Source: a virus (lineage: Duplodnaviria > Caudoviricetes). Taken from it: a stretch of DNA of 64,000 bases. The notes under the pieces are model-generated. The model worked only from the letters and a program-made list of their open reading frames with translations. It did no database searches and was not told where the DNA came from. Location of the stretch: the IMG/VR virus record IMGVR_UViG_3300038679_000051, positions 224,001 to 288,000 of that record; one strand, given 5' to 3'. The translations under genes and the position numbers were made by a program. Below are positions 1-9,954 of this stretch, piece after piece. The stretch's first letter is position 1. Every line of letters starts with the position of its first letter.

Positions 1-91
1 CGTTAGGGAATCAAGAGAGGAGTAGGTCGCCAAGTTTAGCTGGACTTGGGGTAGATGCCAATCAATGGCATAATAAGGTGTGAGGTGAATC

Positions 92-616
92 ATGGCACTA
101 ATGATACAACATGATCGAGATTTGGCTGGAACGGTTTCTCTAAATTTTACGCCTGGAGGAACACCAAAATTTCAATTTCCGCCGATATGTACTGCAGATT
201 CGAAAAACACCGATTGGATGGAAATTGACAGTTGGTCAAATGAACGTACATCGATTAATAAGGGTGCGAATGGTCGTAAGTTAGGAATTGAGGCGACATA
301 TATCATAGATGGTGATTGGACAGCCAATACAATCATTGAGCAAATTAGAACGATCAAAGCATTTTGTTATTTGGGACCACAAATTAGAGCCAGATATGTG
401 ACAGTCAATTTCTATGAAATTTCTGGCGGAGCTGGAACTTATAGAATGACTGAAGCTAATGTAAAATATGAAGGGCCAATTATTGGGAAAGGAAATGATG
501 CATTGCCGATGATATCGCGTATCACAATGGAACTCACATTTTATTCTCAATTACAAGGTAAACAGCAGATTGCTGGCCTGGTACAAGATGCAGCGTCAAA
601 TAGGAAATGGTATTAA
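92..616 (+). CDS. tail-tube-like baseplate/tube initiator protein
   Basis: FQFPP motif like the FQFNP motif of contractile-system tube initiators; directly upstream of gp53- and gp5-like genes. Confidence 0.5.
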   Translation: MALMIQHDRDLAGTVSLNFTPGGTPKFQFPPICTADSKNTDWMEIDSWSNERTSINKGANGRKLGIEATYIIDGDWTANTIIEQIRTIKAFCYLGPQIRARYVTVNFYEISGGAGTYRMTEANVKYEGPIIGKGNDALPMISRITMELTFYSQLQGKQQIAGLVQDAASNRKWY

Positions 617-628
617 TGGAGAAACATC

Positions 629-940
629 ATGCCGATCAATCAGATTAGAAATGCCAGGTTCAATGAATCCATGCCGATCATTTTCGATGGTAAAGAATCA
701 TTTGGGATGTGGAAGAAACCGAAATTCTTAGATGGTCGTCCATTTGAAGAGACCGTTGAATATGTCGTAGATAACACGAAAGCCGGACGCCCTGACCTGA
801 TTTCCGATGAGATTTATGGCACGCCACAATTATATTGGGTTGTCATATCAGCAATGCGGCCGATGGTTACGACTAATTGGCCCAATGCCGGTGACGTGCT
901 GAAGCTTCCATCGAGTTCCGAGGTGTATGCTCAGTTGTAA
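629..940 (+). CDS. baseplate wedge protein, T4 gp53-like (LysM-like)
   Basis: RPDLISDEIYGTPQLYWVV...GDVLKLPS matches gp53 pattern; baseplate context. Confidence 0.8.
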   Translation: MPINQIRNARFNESMPIIFDGKESFGMWKKPKFLDGRPFEETVEYVVDNTKAGRPDLISDEIYGTPQLYWVVISAMRPMVTTNWPNAGDVLKLPSSSEVYAQL

Positions 941-954
941 GGATACATAATGAC

Positions 955-3225
955 ATGAGTGGATCTCCAAGAACGCCGGGGCAACTCGGTAGCGACAATC
1001 TTGCACAAGTTTGGCGTCGATATTATGACGCCAGAACTGCTGATTCATGGCATCGTTTTAACGGTTGGTTCAGGGCGGCTGTGGTTGAGACGAATGACCC
1101 GTTGCAAATGCATCGTGTCAGATTTAAGTGTCCAGAATTACATGACCATGATTTGAAGCCAGAGGAATGTCCATGGGCAGTTCCAGCGCCGTGGATGGGT
1201 TGTTCGGGTGCACAATTCTGGGCGCACCCAATGATTGACGATATTGTCTGGGTATATTGGGAGAAAAACAATCCAGTCGCTCCCATTTGGGTCGGTTTTG
1301 CTACGCCGACGCGCAGAAAATTTTATGCGCTTGAGTCAGTCTATACGAAATCACCGCTTTCAGTAAACAAAGATGGTGATCCAGCCGACAAACCGAACGA
1401 TTATTTGGAGGAATATTTATCCAAGGATTATAGGCCATATTCATTGGGTTGGAAGGATAGATATGGCACGTTCTCGTATTCACATTCAATAGGTTATTTT
1501 CCAGATGAGCACAAGGATAAGCCAGCACCAGTTGGATATGATGCGATACAAAAGGGTGAATTTGAACCGAAAGGTCAAGCACCGAAAGTCAATGATCCAG
1601 ATGTGAAATTACATGCGTTGTGTACTAAATATGGCATCTATAGTTTATCTGTTGATACCGGATATCATTGGCAGAAGAAAGACGGTGATGATTATGGTGA
1701 ATTCGAAGGAAAATTTGATAAAGATCGTGAATTCGACATCAAACGTTTTAAATATTTGCGCAAGCATTTTAATGAGCAAAAAGAGAAGGATCGTGATCAA
1801 CGAAGATATGAAGTTAGAACCAGATATGGACATAAATTCGAAATGCGCGACGTTGGATGGGCGCAGAAAAAGCCAATAGAAAGCAAGAGCAGACCAAAAG
1901 AATATGATGAAGAGAAATATCTATCTAAAGAAGAAGAGCGCGATGAGACATGGATAAAATTGCGCTCCAAGAACGGCCATTTGTTTCAGATGTATGACAA
2001 GGGCGTGAATTATAAAAAAGATGAATTTATCAAGAGATTGATTAAAGAGGAAATAGGTGGTGAGCCGGATGAAGAAGATGGTTATTGGAAGGAGAAGGAA
2101 GACGCCCGTTGGGTCAGATTGATGACTAGGTGGGGTCTGAAGTTCGTCCTCGACGATCGTGGCGTCCATTATACTGAAGCAGAAAAACACGTCAAACCCA
2201 GAGCAAACGGCATATTGTTGAAAGGACGTAGGAAAGTCTGTGAGAAGGATGACGGCAAAGATGGTCTCGGATTTGGCATAGAATTCTGTGAAAAGAAACA
2301 ATTGAATAAATTGTCGATGTATACGCCGAAGAGCAAAATATTAGAGTTGAATGACAAAAAAGATTATATTATGTTGTGCACGGACACGGAATCACCATTA
2401 TCTGAATCATGGAAGGGATTGGAACAACATGAGTTTGCATTGAACATGGCTATGACGTTCGAACCAGAAAAGAATACACATCATCTTAAACTCGATTATA
2501 TGAATGAATACGTTAGATTGAAAACTAGGGCTGGTAATGGCAAAGGCGCAAAAGGAGAGACCGGCTGTGATGAACCATGTGTCAAACTCAAAGCTCTAAA
2601 TCAAGGCATAGAAATGCGCGATGGTGAGAAATTATGTGGTACTGGGCAGACATGGACCGAAATCAATGACGCCGATGATAGAGGTCTGTGGTTCTCGCAC
2701 GACAATGAATTTTCGGTCTGGAGGGCCAGACTCAAAGATTTTGAAGGCAAACCGGCAAGAGACATGCACATTGGCATGTCCGATAAAGGGAAATTTATAA
2801 TCATTTGGAACAATGAAGAGGGAGGTAAGGTACAAATATGGTGTGCGCAAGACGTTGAAATTAAATCTGACAGACATATAAAATTAGACGCCAAAGATAG
2901 CGTTTATATCAAAGCTGGAAAGAAATTCTGTGTAGAGGCTGGGGGCGCACATCTTTTGCTTGCCCCGAACGTGCTTGGTACGGATGTCGATTTTAATGCA
3001 CCGCGATCAAATGCCATTCATACTGGATGTGCACCTGGTGGCGATGCTGGTCCGAAATCACCAGTTTCTTGCGTACCACCAAGCGTTGCACCTAGATTCA
3101 TAAGTCCAGTGGCACCATCTGATAGAGCGGAAGTGAAGAACGAGCCGTTTGACAAGGAAAAAGAAGAAGTACTTGAAAAACCGGATGATGACGATGCCGG
3201 TGAGAAAGGAAAACCAGGTGAATAA
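955..3225 (+). CDS. baseplate central spike/hub, gp5/VgrG-like
   Basis: N-terminal OB-fold signature (AVVETNDPLQMHRVRFKCP...PWA...PMIDDIVWVYWE) followed by repeated beta-rich modules. Confidence 0.8.
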   Translation: MSGSPRTPGQLGSDNLAQVWRRYYDARTADSWHRFNGWFRAAVVETNDPLQMHRVRFKCPELHDHDLKPEECPWAVPAPWMGCSGAQFWAHPMIDDIVWVYWEKNNPVAPIWVGFATPTRRKFYALESVYTKSPLSVNKDGDPADKPNDYLEEYLSKDYRPYSLGWKDRYGTFSYSHSIGYFPDEHKDKPAPVGYDAIQKGEFEPKGQAPKVNDPDVKLHALCTKYGIYSLSVDTGYHWQKKDGDDYGEFEGKFDKDREFDIKRFKYLRKHFNEQKEKDRDQRRYEVRTRYGHKFEMRDVGWAQKKPIESKSRPKEYDEEKYLSKEEERDETWIKLRSKNGHLFQMYDKGVNYKKDEFIKRLIKEEIGGEPDEEDGYWKEKEDARWVRLMTRWGLKFVLDDRGVHYTEAEKHVKPRANGILLKGRRKVCEKDDGKDGLGFGIEFCEKKQLNKLSMYTPKSKILELNDKKDYIMLCTDTESPLSESWKGLEQHEFALNMAMTFEPEKNTHHLKLDYMNEYVRLKTRAGNGKGAKGETGCDEPCVKLKALNQGIEMRDGEKLCGTGQTWTEINDADDRGLWFSHDNEFSVWRARLKDFEGKPARDMHIGMSDKGKFIIIWNNEEGGKVQIWCAQDVEIKSDRHIKLDAKDSVYIKAGKKFCVEAGGAHLLLAPNVLGTDVDFNAPRSNAIHTGCAPGGDAGPKSPVSCVPPSVAPRFISPVAPSDRAEVKNEPFDKEKEEVLEKPDDDDAGEKGKPGE

Positions 3226-3358
3226 GCCGATAAAAAGAGAACCGATTAAGAAAATCCCCGCCGTCGTTAAGAAAAAAGGGGTCAATTCTATGATGCCAGG
3301 GAAAAATCATGGATATGGGAGAAGCACTCTAAAAGTAATTAAAGGTTAAAAATAAGGT

Positions 3359-4063
3359 ATGATCATTAGTTTTCCGACTGCATTGTATAAAAACGTCATT
3401 CCTGGTCCTGGTGGCAGTGGGAATGTCACTTGGTTGATTTCTAGTACGGATCCACCACGGTCGGTCGAATCATTCCAGCAAATACCCCCAGCTGAATCAA
3501 TTCGTAGAAGAGATCCGCCGACGTTTACCGATAGACAACGTAGAGACGCCATGGGTGATGCCGTATTTTCGTTATCGCAGGGATCACAAAGCATCGTTGG
3601 CACTGCTGTAAAGCAATTCGAAATAGGTCAAATTCTCGAATTCGAAGATGAAACGTTACCGGAAACGACCATCACGCCATTACCAGCCATGGTTGACATA
3701 CAGCAGAACACTAATTTGTTGGATTTGTCTGCATTGGGACTTACTGATAGTGAGATAGATAGAGTGACGCAGGAATCTGAAAAAGTTAAGAAACAGATTG
3801 AAGATGAGATTGTTTCTCTCAAACGGAACGTCGATGATATGTCGATATCGATAAATGAAAACCAAAAACGAATCAATGAAGCAGATAAAACGTTGGATGC
3901 TGCAACCGTCATTAATGATGAAGCCATTGTCAATAAAATGAATCTCAAAATATCTGAATTGACCGAACAGAGAATAATATTGGTGGAGGAATTGAATGCA
4001 TATAATGAACGGATCGGCGTGAAGTATGATCAATTACTCAAAGTAATACAATTAGTAAGATAA
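3359..4063 (+). CDS. hypothetical protein with C-terminal coiled coil
   Basis: 234-aa ORF between gp5- and gp25-like genes; heptad-like acidic/basic C-terminal half. Confidence 0.6.
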   Translation: MIISFPTALYKNVIPGPGGSGNVTWLISSTDPPRSVESFQQIPPAESIRRRDPPTFTDRQRRDAMGDAVFSLSQGSQSIVGTAVKQFEIGQILEFEDETLPETTITPLPAMVDIQQNTNLLDLSALGLTDSEIDRVTQESEKVKKQIEDEIVSLKRNVDDMSISINENQKRINEADKTLDAATVINDEAIVNKMNLKISELTEQRIILVEELNAYNERIGVKYDQLLKVIQLVR

Positions 4064-4090
4064 TCCAAAAATAAGGGAGAGGGATCATTT

Positions 4091-4480
4091 ATGGCTGTTG
4101 TTAAGAACTCAATATATCGTGGTTGGAATGCCCCATTCGTAGGTGGCAATCAAGGATTAATGTCTTTGCAATCGGACGAACGTTTAATCAAAAATGACAT
4201 ATTGCAATTATTGTTGACGTCACCGGGCGAGAGAGTTATGATGCCGAATTTCGGCACTCCAATTAGGACAGCACCGTTCGAACAATTAGATCAAGTGACG
4301 ACGGATGAATTAGAAAGGGCGATCAGACGGTCATTAGATGCGTATGAAAAAAGAGTGATCGTCGATGACGTGCTGTTGTCTAGAATAGATGAACATAATC
4401 TTCTAGACATAAAAATTTTTGTGAGATTGAGGACTGACATTGAGAAGAAATTACTGATTGAAGCAAAGGTGAAAATCTAA
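4091..4480 (+). CDS. baseplate wedge protein, gp25/GPW-like
   Basis: IKNDILQLLLTSPGERVMMPNFG...YEKRV motif. Confidence 0.9.
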   Translation: MAVVKNSIYRGWNAPFVGGNQGLMSLQSDERLIKNDILQLLLTSPGERVMMPNFGTPIRTAPFEQLDQVTTDELERAIRRSLDAYEKRVIVDDVLLSRIDEHNLLDIKIFVRLRTDIEKKLLIEAKVKI

Positions 4481-6063
4481 TGGAACAAGAATCACATTTC
4501 ATTCTTCCTAATTCTCCAGAGGAGTTTGGCGTATTGCTCCCACTCCCCGAATTGAGGAGAATAGATTTTTCGGCTCTAGAATTTACGACGTTACAACGTG
4601 CATTGATCGAATACATGAAATCATATTATCCTACTTTTAATGATTTCACGCCGCAAAATGGTGTAATGATGCTAATAGACTTAATAGCGTATGTTGGTTC
4701 AGTTTTATCATTGCGTTCCGACATTCTTGCGGATGAATCATTTTTGCCTACTGCCCAAACGATCGACGCCGTCATCAATCATTTGGAATTAATTGGACAG
4801 AAAATGAATCGTCCGACTCCAGCCGTAGTTGATTTAGAATGTTCAATCTCAGAGGCTGCACAGAGCGAGATTAGAATACCTTCTGGTATTGTGTTCAATC
4901 TCCGTGGGGCTGATGGTGCGCCATTGACGTATGAATTATATAGAGCACCTGGTGATTTTACCAATCCAATAACGATACCGCCCGGCAAACGTGGCGTCAT
5001 TGGGTTTGCTATCGAGGGTCTATTCGCCACTCCAGTGATTGCAACGTCGGCTGGTGGTCCATCACAGACGATCGACCTAATCAGCAAAAACATTTTAGAT
5101 GATCCAATCTTTGTAGACATAACTTCAGGAAACACAATCAAACGATGGCGTCGGGTGAATTTCATTGAAACGGCTGATGCTACGGATGAAGTATATGAAG
5201 TTAAATTTTTTGAGGACAAGGCTACAGTCGTTTTTGGCGATGATGTACATGGTAAAGCACCATTGGCGGGTCAGATTTTTGAGATTAGATATAGAATTGG
5301 TGGTGGCATTAGAGGCAGAATTGGTGCTGGTTTGATTAGAGAGAGCAGACCAATTTCTCCCCAACCGCCGTTTACGGCGGCGGTTGACGTGACGTTTAGA
5401 AATCTTAATGCTTCGTCTGGTGGGGTTGATGGAGAGTCAATAGAAGATGCAAAACGTAGGGCACCAAGAGAATATGCAACGCATGGCAATGCAGTATCTG
5501 ATTCTGATTATGCACATATCTGTTCGCAATTTAGTCATCCAGTATTTGGATCAGTCTTAAAAGCGGTAGCAACCATCAGGACGTCGTTAAATGCTAATTT
5601 AGTAGAGGCATATGTGCTTGCTCAAGGACCAGGCAATGTTCCAGTTGCACCGTCTGCTGGATTAAAGAAAGGTCTAATTACATATCTTGAAGAAAGAAAC
5701 GTTCTGACAGATGAAGTGCGGGTGATGGATGGAGCCATTAAACCAGTTGATGTTCAGGCCAATGTGGTGATGGCTGCTAATGCTGACGCTGGCACGGTCA
5801 AAGAACAGGTCAATGCGGTGATCGACAATTTCTTCAGCATTAACAATTTTGATATGGGACAGGGTCTTTATTATAGTCAATTGTTGGCAGCAATGCAACA
5901 AGTCGATGGAGTTCAATTCGTGGACATGTTTAAACCATCAGATGACATATTGCCGACAAAGAAGATTGCCGACCCAATAAATCAAGGGGTTGGATTCAAT
6001 GAATTGATTACGATTGGAAATAAGAAGATCAGGTTCTATTTTGAGAAAGGCAGATACAATTGA
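4480..6063 (+). CDS. baseplate wedge protein, gp6/baseplate J-like
   Basis: IDFSALEFTTLQRAL...LIDLIAYVG...DESFLPTA; VFGDDVHGKAP; GGVDGESIEDAKRRAP..NAVSDSDY. Confidence 0.9.
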   Translation: MEQESHFILPNSPEEFGVLLPLPELRRIDFSALEFTTLQRALIEYMKSYYPTFNDFTPQNGVMMLIDLIAYVGSVLSLRSDILADESFLPTAQTIDAVINHLELIGQKMNRPTPAVVDLECSISEAAQSEIRIPSGIVFNLRGADGAPLTYELYRAPGDFTNPITIPPGKRGVIGFAIEGLFATPVIATSAGGPSQTIDLISKNILDDPIFVDITSGNTIKRWRRVNFIETADATDEVYEVKFFEDKATVVFGDDVHGKAPLAGQIFEIRYRIGGGIRGRIGAGLIRESRPISPQPPFTAAVDVTFRNLNASSGGVDGESIEDAKRRAPREYATHGNAVSDSDYAHICSQFSHPVFGSVLKAVATIRTSLNANLVEAYVLAQGPGNVPVAPSAGLKKGLITYLEERNVLTDEVRVMDGAIKPVDVQANVVMAANADAGTVKEQVNAVIDNFFSINNFDMGQGLYYSQLLAAMQQVDGVQFVDMFKPSDDILPTKKIADPINQGVGFNELITIGNKKIRFYFEKGRYN

Positions 6064-6096
6064 CGATTGTGGACGATGTGATATATTGAATACGGG

Positions 6097-6606
6097 GTGC
6101 GCATGAAATCAATACACATCGTAGTAAGATTAACTATGAGATTGACGAAAGAAAATGTCGCTCTGATTAGACGCAGAGCAACGGATGGTTTTGTGTTGGA
6201 ACCAGATCATATATATGAGGAAAAGTGGACGCGATGCGTAAATGATTTAGTCGAAAATTTAAGGCGGCGGAATGAAATTGAAAAAGCAACGATGTTAATT
6301 CAACAACAACAAAAGATGAGTGAACATAGAAAGAAAGTTCTTGATTGCAAGATTTTAGACATGCCAGGAGACGCGGATGCATTGGTCATCACAGATGGCA
6401 TAAACGTCGGTCGTTTTTCCTTCAAAGAAGGCACTAGGATTGCGAATGCCTGGGTTGATTCGGCTGATCATGACGTTTATGTGGTTAGGAGGATGCTTGA
6501 AGTCTTGTGTAAATCATTCATGATCGATTCTGCGATGATTGAAGGTTCTGGTCGATATAAAAAATGGATAGAAAATGAAAGCAATTCGTTCCCTGCGGTA
6601 AGTTAA
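6097..6606 (+). CDS. hypothetical protein
   Basis: 169-aa ORF in operon orientation; no motif recognised. Confidence 0.6.
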   Translation: MRMKSIHIVVRLTMRLTKENVALIRRRATDGFVLEPDHIYEEKWTRCVNDLVENLRRRNEIEKATMLIQQQQKMSEHRKKVLDCKILDMPGDADALVITDGINVGRFSFKEGTRIANAWVDSADHDVYVVRRMLEVLCKSFMIDSAMIEGSGRYKKWIENESNSFPAVS

Positions 6607-6827
6607 CGACCAATTAGAAAATCATTTATTATCCTTTCAGTTTTGTCGTTTACTTCATCTTTATCAATCTCGAACTTCGTGGATATGTGTTCGACGATTG
6701 AATTCGCAAATTCGTCGATTGTCATCGATTCAGGCAATTCATATTCATTGTCCCTAGTCGATGCGACGTAGAAAAAGATGGCCTCGGCCAGAGCTTTTAG
6801 ATCGGGTTTCTGTAAGTCGGTCGCCAT
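6603..6827 (-). CDS. small acidic hypothetical protein
   Basis: 74-aa ORF with GGAGG RBS upstream on minus strand. Confidence 0.65.
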   Translation of the reverse strand: MATDLQKPDLKALAEAIFFYVASTRDNEYELPESMTIDEFANSIVEHISTKFEIDKDEVNDKTERIINDFLIGR

Positions 6828-6912
6828 GGTATTTCCTCCTCACATTGTGCACTCCTCTACTTTTATTTTACACTAAAATGTAATTTTTGTCAAGTTTGTT
6901 AAACATATTTAG

Positions 6913-7758
6913 TTATGATTTGAGGCTTTTCGCTAACTCATCAATTTTAGTCATCAAATTTTTTATATCAATCTTTTGGTATGTCTTCGGTATGTCTTCC
7001 GATTTCTTGATCAATTCTTCGACGCTCAGTTTTCCCTCCTCGTATTGTTTTATCATTTTCATTGGTTCCTGGAGAGAGAATAATTTGTTTTCAGTCAATT
7101 TATATATGAAATTGAATTGTTCCCAGTCATGCCATATAATTGCGTCATTGTTGATCGTACCGCCTATTCGCGTTTTTATTTCTTTTAGAATTTGTGCATC
7201 CACATCACTAAGTGCAATAATCGGTCCATTGGACATTATCATAGTCATGCCTTTTGTTTCTAATAAACCGAAGAAATAACCAATGAATGCATCGTCATTA
7301 AAGCGTTTTTTAACAAATGATTGCTTGTCATTTAATTTTCGCATCTCTTTGGCATACATATCAAGATTCTTGATCTTGGTGATCAATGATTGTTCACGAT
7401 AATCAATCATCAACTTCGCATGACGTTGTTTTATTTGCAAAAATGGCAGAATTTTGATCATCAGGAAATAACCATTCAGTATGCCAAGTCTCCAGAAGAT
7501 TTGTTTCTTGTTATCATTTTCAAGGAATTCACCAACGCCGGTCATGGTGCGTAATGCTACTATGAAATTGGCATTCCTAGAACAGACTCTAATCATCCAA
7601 TGCAGATGATCATTTTCCGTAGTGCAAGTAAACGATGCGGCTGAATCGACTACTCCAGCAATAAATCCCATTTCAAGATCATTTAAGTCAAGGCATTTAT
7701 CTTTATGTCTTGCTAATAAGGCTCTTCTGGATTTATTCATGCCATGTCTCCTGTTCAT
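6913..7758 (-). CDS. double-motif LAGLIDADG homing endonuclease-like protein
   Basis: two degenerate LAGLIDADG helices (GFIAGVVDSAASF; GYFFGLLETKG); L.KILPFLQIKQRHAKLMIDY signature. Confidence 0.75.
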   Translation of the reverse strand: MNRRHGMNKSRRALLARHKDKCLDLNDLEMGFIAGVVDSAASFTCTTENDHLHWMIRVCSRNANFIVALRTMTGVGEFLENDNKKQIFWRLGILNGYFLMIKILPFLQIKQRHAKLMIDYREQSLITKIKNLDMYAKEMRKLNDKQSFVKKRFNDDAFIGYFFGLLETKGMTMIMSNGPIIALSDVDAQILKEIKTRIGGTINNDAIIWHDWEQFNFIYKLTENKLFSLQEPMKMIKQYEEGKLSVEELIKKSEDIPKTYQKIDIKNLMTKIDELAKSLKS

Positions 7759-7861
7759 ATTCTATGTTCATATTTGACAGAAAATATATCATTAATGGAA
7801 ATTTATGTTAGTAGAGGGAAGTTTGGTTGAAAGAGAACCCTAGAGAAAAGGAGAAATAACC

Positions 7862-8266
7862 ATGCCAGCTGAACAACCAGCCAATGCAACAATCGAAATC
7901 TTTCGAAACGTTAGAACGTATCGACAAGATTTCCGCCATGAGAGTCTGAAAGTGCTCGGCCCGAAATTGGGTCGTTCACCAGTCATGTCGACGCCTGGTC
8001 GTGAATACTTGGCCGCACAAACGACTGATGGCGTTGTGAGCGATGCCTTCCGGTACGGCCATCCGGTTGTCACGTTCCCGCGTGCTTTTGTCAGTTTGGG
8101 CGATGTCCTCACCAACGTTGCCAACGTGCAGGTTGTTCGGTTGGTTGGTGGACGCGACTTCTTCGTCACTGGTACTGCTGGCAATAACACTGCTGATCTT
8201 CATGCAAGCGTTCGTGCTCGCGACAAAGTGGCGAATCCGGACAATACGATTAATCCAATCGCTTAA
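7862..8266 (+). CDS. hypothetical, probable virion protein
   Basis: strong AGGAG RBS, many TTC/AAC codons as in the sheath gene, followed by a long hairpin. Confidence 0.6.
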   Translation: MPAEQPANATIEIFRNVRTYRQDFRHESLKVLGPKLGRSPVMSTPGREYLAAQTTDGVVSDAFRYGHPVVTFPRAFVSLGDVLTNVANVQVVRLVGGRDFFVTGTAGNNTADLHASVRARDKVANPDNTINPIA

Positions 8267-8287
8267 TTTGCGATTCGGTTAAAATTA

Positions 8288-8326
8288 GGCGATGGGTTAC
8301 TTAGAAATCCTAAGTAACCCATCGCC
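8288..8326. terminator. perfect 17-bp inverted repeat (terminator or RNA-stabilising hairpin)
   Basis: GGCGATGGGTTACTTAG-aaatc-CTAAGTAACCCATCGCC; no U-tract. Confidence 0.6.
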
Positions 8327-8342
8327 GTATCTGGAGACATCC

Positions 8343-8630
8343 ATGCAATTAAAACAATTACATGAAAACCAATCAATCACCCTTAATCGCGAGGGCACCG
8401 AGAATACGTTCACCGTAGGGCAAAAAGTTCGACTCGTGAGTGAATTGGGCGATGGGCTTGCCGACGAAATCAAACCAGGTGAAATTGGAACGATATTGTT
8501 TATTCGTGGACCAATTAATGGAAGATATTCATTGAGAATAATGTGGAATAAGGAAATATTGTCATATAAAGGAAATTTAATGCGTCCGGTTAGTCAATTA
8601 GAAACAGATAGAGTGGAACCAGTTATTTAA
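8343..8630 (+). CDS. hypothetical protein (SH3-like beta barrel possible)
   Basis: GGAG RBS before ATG 8343; begins MQLKQLHE; F.VGQKVRL..GEIGTI pattern. Confidence 0.55.
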   Translation: MQLKQLHENQSITLNREGTENTFTVGQKVRLVSELGDGLADEIKPGEIGTILFIRGPINGRYSLRIMWNKEILSYKGNLMRPVSQLETDRVEPVI

Positions 8631-8931
8631 CTTCGTCTATGGCAGCGAGTAAGTTTGTTCGAATGGTTCTTACGTTCTCGTCGACCATATTTAATTTCTT
8701 ATGTGGTAACTTCTTTACGTAACAAGTCCAAAGATAAATTATGTCATCTTTGACGAATTTCTTTAAATCGCGTCGTCTCTCTGCATAAGTGAAAATACCG
8801 AATTTCTTATTCTTGATTAGGTACATACCGGTATCTCTATCCCGCCTTATTTTAAGGGACAATGGGTCTTTAAAGCGAAGAATCAGACCTTTACGAGAAA
8901 TGCGTTTAATGACAATGTGGGTGTCCATCAA
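8623..8931 (-). CDS. hypothetical protein
   Basis: 102-aa basic ORF; no function recognised. Confidence 0.55.
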   Translation of the reverse strand: MMDTHIVIKRISRKGLILRFKDPLSLKIRRDRDTGMYLIKNKKFGIFTYAERRRDLKKFVKDDIIYLWTCYVKKLPHKKLNMVDENVRTIRTNLLAAIDEVK

Positions 8932-8989
8932 GATCCTCGTATCGGGATTGTTCGTAAAACATTTTATCTAATTTTCTATTCACTGTCAA

Positions 8990-9733
8990 TTATGCTATGT
9001 GGCACATCAAAGGCTCACCCCACAATATAGCCTTTTGTCTGACCTTCTCCTTCTCATCGTAACCTTCGGTTACTAGAGAAGCACCATCTAGTGTTATGGA
9101 TGATCCATCTGGTGCAGGAAATGATGCAAATTTTCTGCGAGCATGTCCCAACATTATTTTGGTTTCAGCGACCATCATGTCCATTGCGAGTTGTCTTGCG
9201 ATGGGTGACTGAAATTCAGTCACCCTAGGCATATATTCGACGATGACTGGGAATGTGCTCTTAGGATTAGGATGTAATCTAATCTTGTTATGACTAACGA
9301 AGTCCCAGCGACCTTCAGTTCCAAGGACGCGTTGGGACCATTTTCTATAATGTTGAAGCAGATGATAATCGACAAGCATGTTCTGGATTCCGCTAATGTT
9401 CCCGATATTGAACAAGAATGATTCGGCACCAAACACGTTGTCAATTCTGGTGGTTACTGGATCCCAACTTACCTTGACGACCCAATATGCGTCCTCCGGT
9501 ATGTCATATTCTATTACTGTCGGTTTAGTGAAAAAATATGCGATTTTCGATTCGAGTGGGAAATATTGACAAATGAAATCCATTGCAGTACGTATTGATT
9601 CCTCCCATTGCGATTCAGTGACTTCAACGGCGACGGATGGTCCACCTAGTTGATTTATGGCATGTAATTTTAATGGATCTGTGTCCTGTTTGCGGAATAC
9701 GGATGGCATTTGGGTTGGTCCGAGAATGGCCAT
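8990..9733 (-). CDS. neck protein, T4 gp13-like
   Basis: LGGPSVAVEVTESQWEESI...; C-terminal LGHARRKF...GSSITLDGASLVTEG matches gp13 pattern. Confidence 0.8.
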   Translation of the reverse strand: MAILGPTQMPSVFRKQDTDPLKLHAINQLGGPSVAVEVTESQWEESIRTAMDFICQYFPLESKIAYFFTKPTVIEYDIPEDAYWVVKVSWDPVTTRIDNVFGAESFLFNIGNISGIQNMLVDYHLLQHYRKWSQRVLGTEGRWDFVSHNKIRLHPNPKSTFPVIVEYMPRVTEFQSPIARQLAMDMMVAETKIMLGHARRKFASFPAPDGSSITLDGASLVTEGYDEKEKVRQKAILWGEPLMCHIA

Positions 9734-9954
9734 TTGACGCAGCCTCCTTTAATGATAGATTTGAGGGCGCAAGTATTTAAGAAGATGACATCGTTCAAGA
9801 GGGGGACAGATGAGTTTATTTCTCGTAATGCTCATTATTGCTTATGGGTTTGATGTGTCATTTCCAATATGGCTATATTTTATTGTCTTGCTCGCGGATG
9901 TCGGGACAGACGGATATGGTGGATGGAGAAAAACTAAAGAGGGGGAAGAATGAC

